A model generated the notes under the pieces. That model saw nothing but the letters and a program-made list of their open reading frames with translations, made no database searches and was not told the DNA's origin. Below, one piece after another: positions 62,340 to 64,000 of a stretch of 64,000 nucleotides of DNA (its first letter is position 1; each line of letters starts with the position of its first letter). A program made the translations under genes and the position numbers. Origin of the DNA: Obrimoposthia wandeli (taxonomy: Eukaryota); the NCBI GenBank assembly GCA_977020255.1, contig CDROCS010000506.1, positions 124,001-188,000 on the forward strand, given 5' to 3'.

Positions 62340-64000
62340 GTGAAAAAGTCTGCCCTTTGCTTTGCCATCTCTTCAGCTTTACTTACTGCTTCATTTGCAT
62401 CACATGCTGCAAACGTACAAGTACTTGATAAAACACTTTCTCCTGCTGCAAACTTTCTTGCATATACAGAATTCGAATTATCAGGTGAACCACTTGCTGA
62501 ATCTCTTGGTTTAGACCTTGACGTTTTAGACCCTAACCAAGTTGACCAGCCGACTGCATTCGATTATGCCGCTGGTATTGAAAGTTATGAATACTCAGAA
62601 GAAGCGATGTATGCGTTAAACTACCAGTCTACGATGGGTCCTCACCTTGTAAATGGTCCAGTAAACCAAGCTCGCGGTGGTTCTCTTGCCGATCTAGGTA
62701 AACGTTTCATCTCACTAGCAGGAGCAGTTGGTTTCCCAAGTGAAGAAATTCCATTAAATATGTATCCTATCTCTGTACCATACGTATCAGGTAATCCTGA
62801 GTTCGTCGGTAAAGTAGATACAACTAAAGTAAATGGCGAAGAACTAGAAGTATTATCAGCAACAGGTAAAGCAGCAGTTCACAACACCGTAATTCCAGCT
62901 TACTTCCGTGACTACAAAACACTCGCATGGGACAGCGCAAGTTTCGATAAAGCCTTAAACCCTGGCGCAATCGGCAGCATCTTCCTTAAAGAAGTCATGT
63001 GGTCACAAGATTTTCTCGGTGGCATGCACGTTACGACGACAGATGAAGAAGTTGAAGCAACATCAAGTACAATGGATCAAGATGGCGTACACAGTCTTGG
63101 TGTATCCGCTGCCGATGGTTTCAACGGTATGATCTTAACTGAAATGTCACTAGATAAGTTACTTATCCTACAACAGCAACTTGGCTTTGACGGTAACAAG
63201 CTAGGCGTTAAATTTGGTCCTGATTATGATGCATCTAAAAAACCTATCTGGTTTGCACATAAAGTCGCTGTTAAAGAAACACAGAAAAACAACGTCAATC
63301 ACATCGGTGAATTATCAGTAACAGATGGTTCTTCGTCATTACGTGATACTTGGATGCTATTGTGGCCAGTAAGTGAATTCTATGCATTTACTGACCAGCG
63401 TACAGCGAACACAGCGCAAAACCCAGCATTCAAAGCTGTGTTTGATGGCAAACCATTTGCTGCAGCACCAAAACAAAATATTGATAACAAGACAAGCAAC
63501 AATGTAATCGCTGACGATGCTTTCTCTGTTGCCAGCAACGTGGCTAACCTGTCGTTCCAAAACTTAGCAAACCTACATTTCAATAAGAAAGCAGGTACGT
63601 TTGTTACTCAATACGACGGCAAGCAAAATGCACAAGTTGAGACATTTGACGCGGCATACAGCATCGTAGCACTATCAATTTACCAACGTTCACAAGATGC
63701 ATTACCAGTAGGTTATGCAGCAGCAGACGGCGGTGATGTAGATTTAGCAACACCTCAAGGTAAACAAGCACTTAGTCTAATCAAAGCCCAAGCAGATTAC
63801 ATCGTTAACACGTTAGTAGCGAAAAATGGTCTCGTATATGACGGCGCCACAATTGGTAAATCAGTAGATAAAAATCAATCACTTGACGCGCAATTCTCTG
63901 CAATTCGTGGCTTAGTTGCTGCTTACCTTGCAACACAAGACGAAAGCTACAAGCAAGCAGCACGTTCAATCTTCCTTGCGGTAGAGAAAAACATGTTTGA
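62340..64000 (+). CDS. Large secreted uncharacterised protein, >553 aa, 3' truncated by the window end (absent from ORF track)
   Basis: AAGGA RBS, GTG start, uninterrupted frame to base 64000; signal peptide MKKSALCFAISSALLTASFASHA. Confidence 0.88.
   Translation, partial: MKKSALCFAISSALLTASFASHAANVQVLDKTLSPAANFLAYTEFELSGEPLAESLGLDLDVLDPNQVDQPTAFDYAAGIESYEYSEEAMYALNYQSTMGPHLVNGPVNQARGGSLADLGKRFISLAGAVGFPSEEIPLNMYPISVPYVSGNPEFVGKVDTTKVNGEELEVLSATGKAAVHNTVIPAYFRDYKTLAWDSASFDKALNPGAIGSIFLKEVMWSQDFLGGMHVTTTDEEVEATSSTMDQDGVHSLGVSAADGFNGMILTEMSLDKLLILQQQLGFDGNKLGVKFGPDYDASKKPIWFAHKVAVKETQKNNVNHIGELSVTDGSSSLRDTWMLLWPVSEFYAFTDQRTANTAQNPAFKAVFDGKPFAAAPKQNIDNKTSNNVIADDAFSVASNVANLSFQNLANLHFNKKAGTFVTQYDGKQNAQVETFDAAYSIVALSIYQRSQDALPVGYAAADGGDVDLATPQGKQALSLIKAQADYIVNTLVAKNGLVYDGATIGKSVDKNQSLDAQFSAIRGLVAAYLATQDESYKQAARSIFLAVEKNMF

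Noticed and set aside
754-63583. Numerous 60-180 aa ORF-track entries antisense to or nested in long genes (e.g. 9927-10478, 27835-28335, 33870-34436, 43899-44315)
   Set aside because: Shadow ORFs of well-supported genes, with no motifs or RBS
1-64000. Mobile elements, prophage, tRNA/rRNA, riboswitches
   Set aside because: No transposase, integrase, phage gene, cloverleaf or recognisable riboswitch core found by eye; an Infernal/Rfam and tRNAscan search would be decisive

Overview
A 64-kb, AT-rich chromosomal segment from a marine gammaproteobacterium. Gene content and the fadR-nhaB-dsbB and yeaG-yeaH-ycgB synteny suggest a Moritella/Psychromonas/Vibrionales-like organism; this is an inference and no database search was run. 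I found no rRNA, tRNA, CRISPR array, prophage or IS element. The housekeeping backbone is ETF-QO (5' truncated), glpD/glpK/glpF with a distant glpT and GlpR-type operators, efpL (yeiP), uraA, hrpA, yeaGH-ycgB, fadR-nhaB-dsbB and ppnP. Accessory genes are interspersed, including four GGEEF diguanylate cyclases, a TetR/HPP pair, a Dnr-like regulator coupled to fetB, a SulA-like gene with SOS boxes, a Tat-lipoprotein PhoD and pdsR/pdsS. The most notable observations are: (1) a leuC-leuD-cimA cluster with a Leptospira-type citramalate synthase, i.e. a candidate threonine-independent isoleucine pathway; (2) a large secreted protein behind two Fur-like boxes that runs off the window end and is missing from the ORF track; (3) a REC-GGDEF cyclase lacking its phosphoacceptor Asp directly downstream of sulA; (4) a 12-bp tandem array made of LexA-like half-sites; (5) a 26-aa Cys-rich small ORF with its own RBS and terminator; (6) a frameshift-scrambled C-terminus of an INDY-type dicarboxylate transporter.
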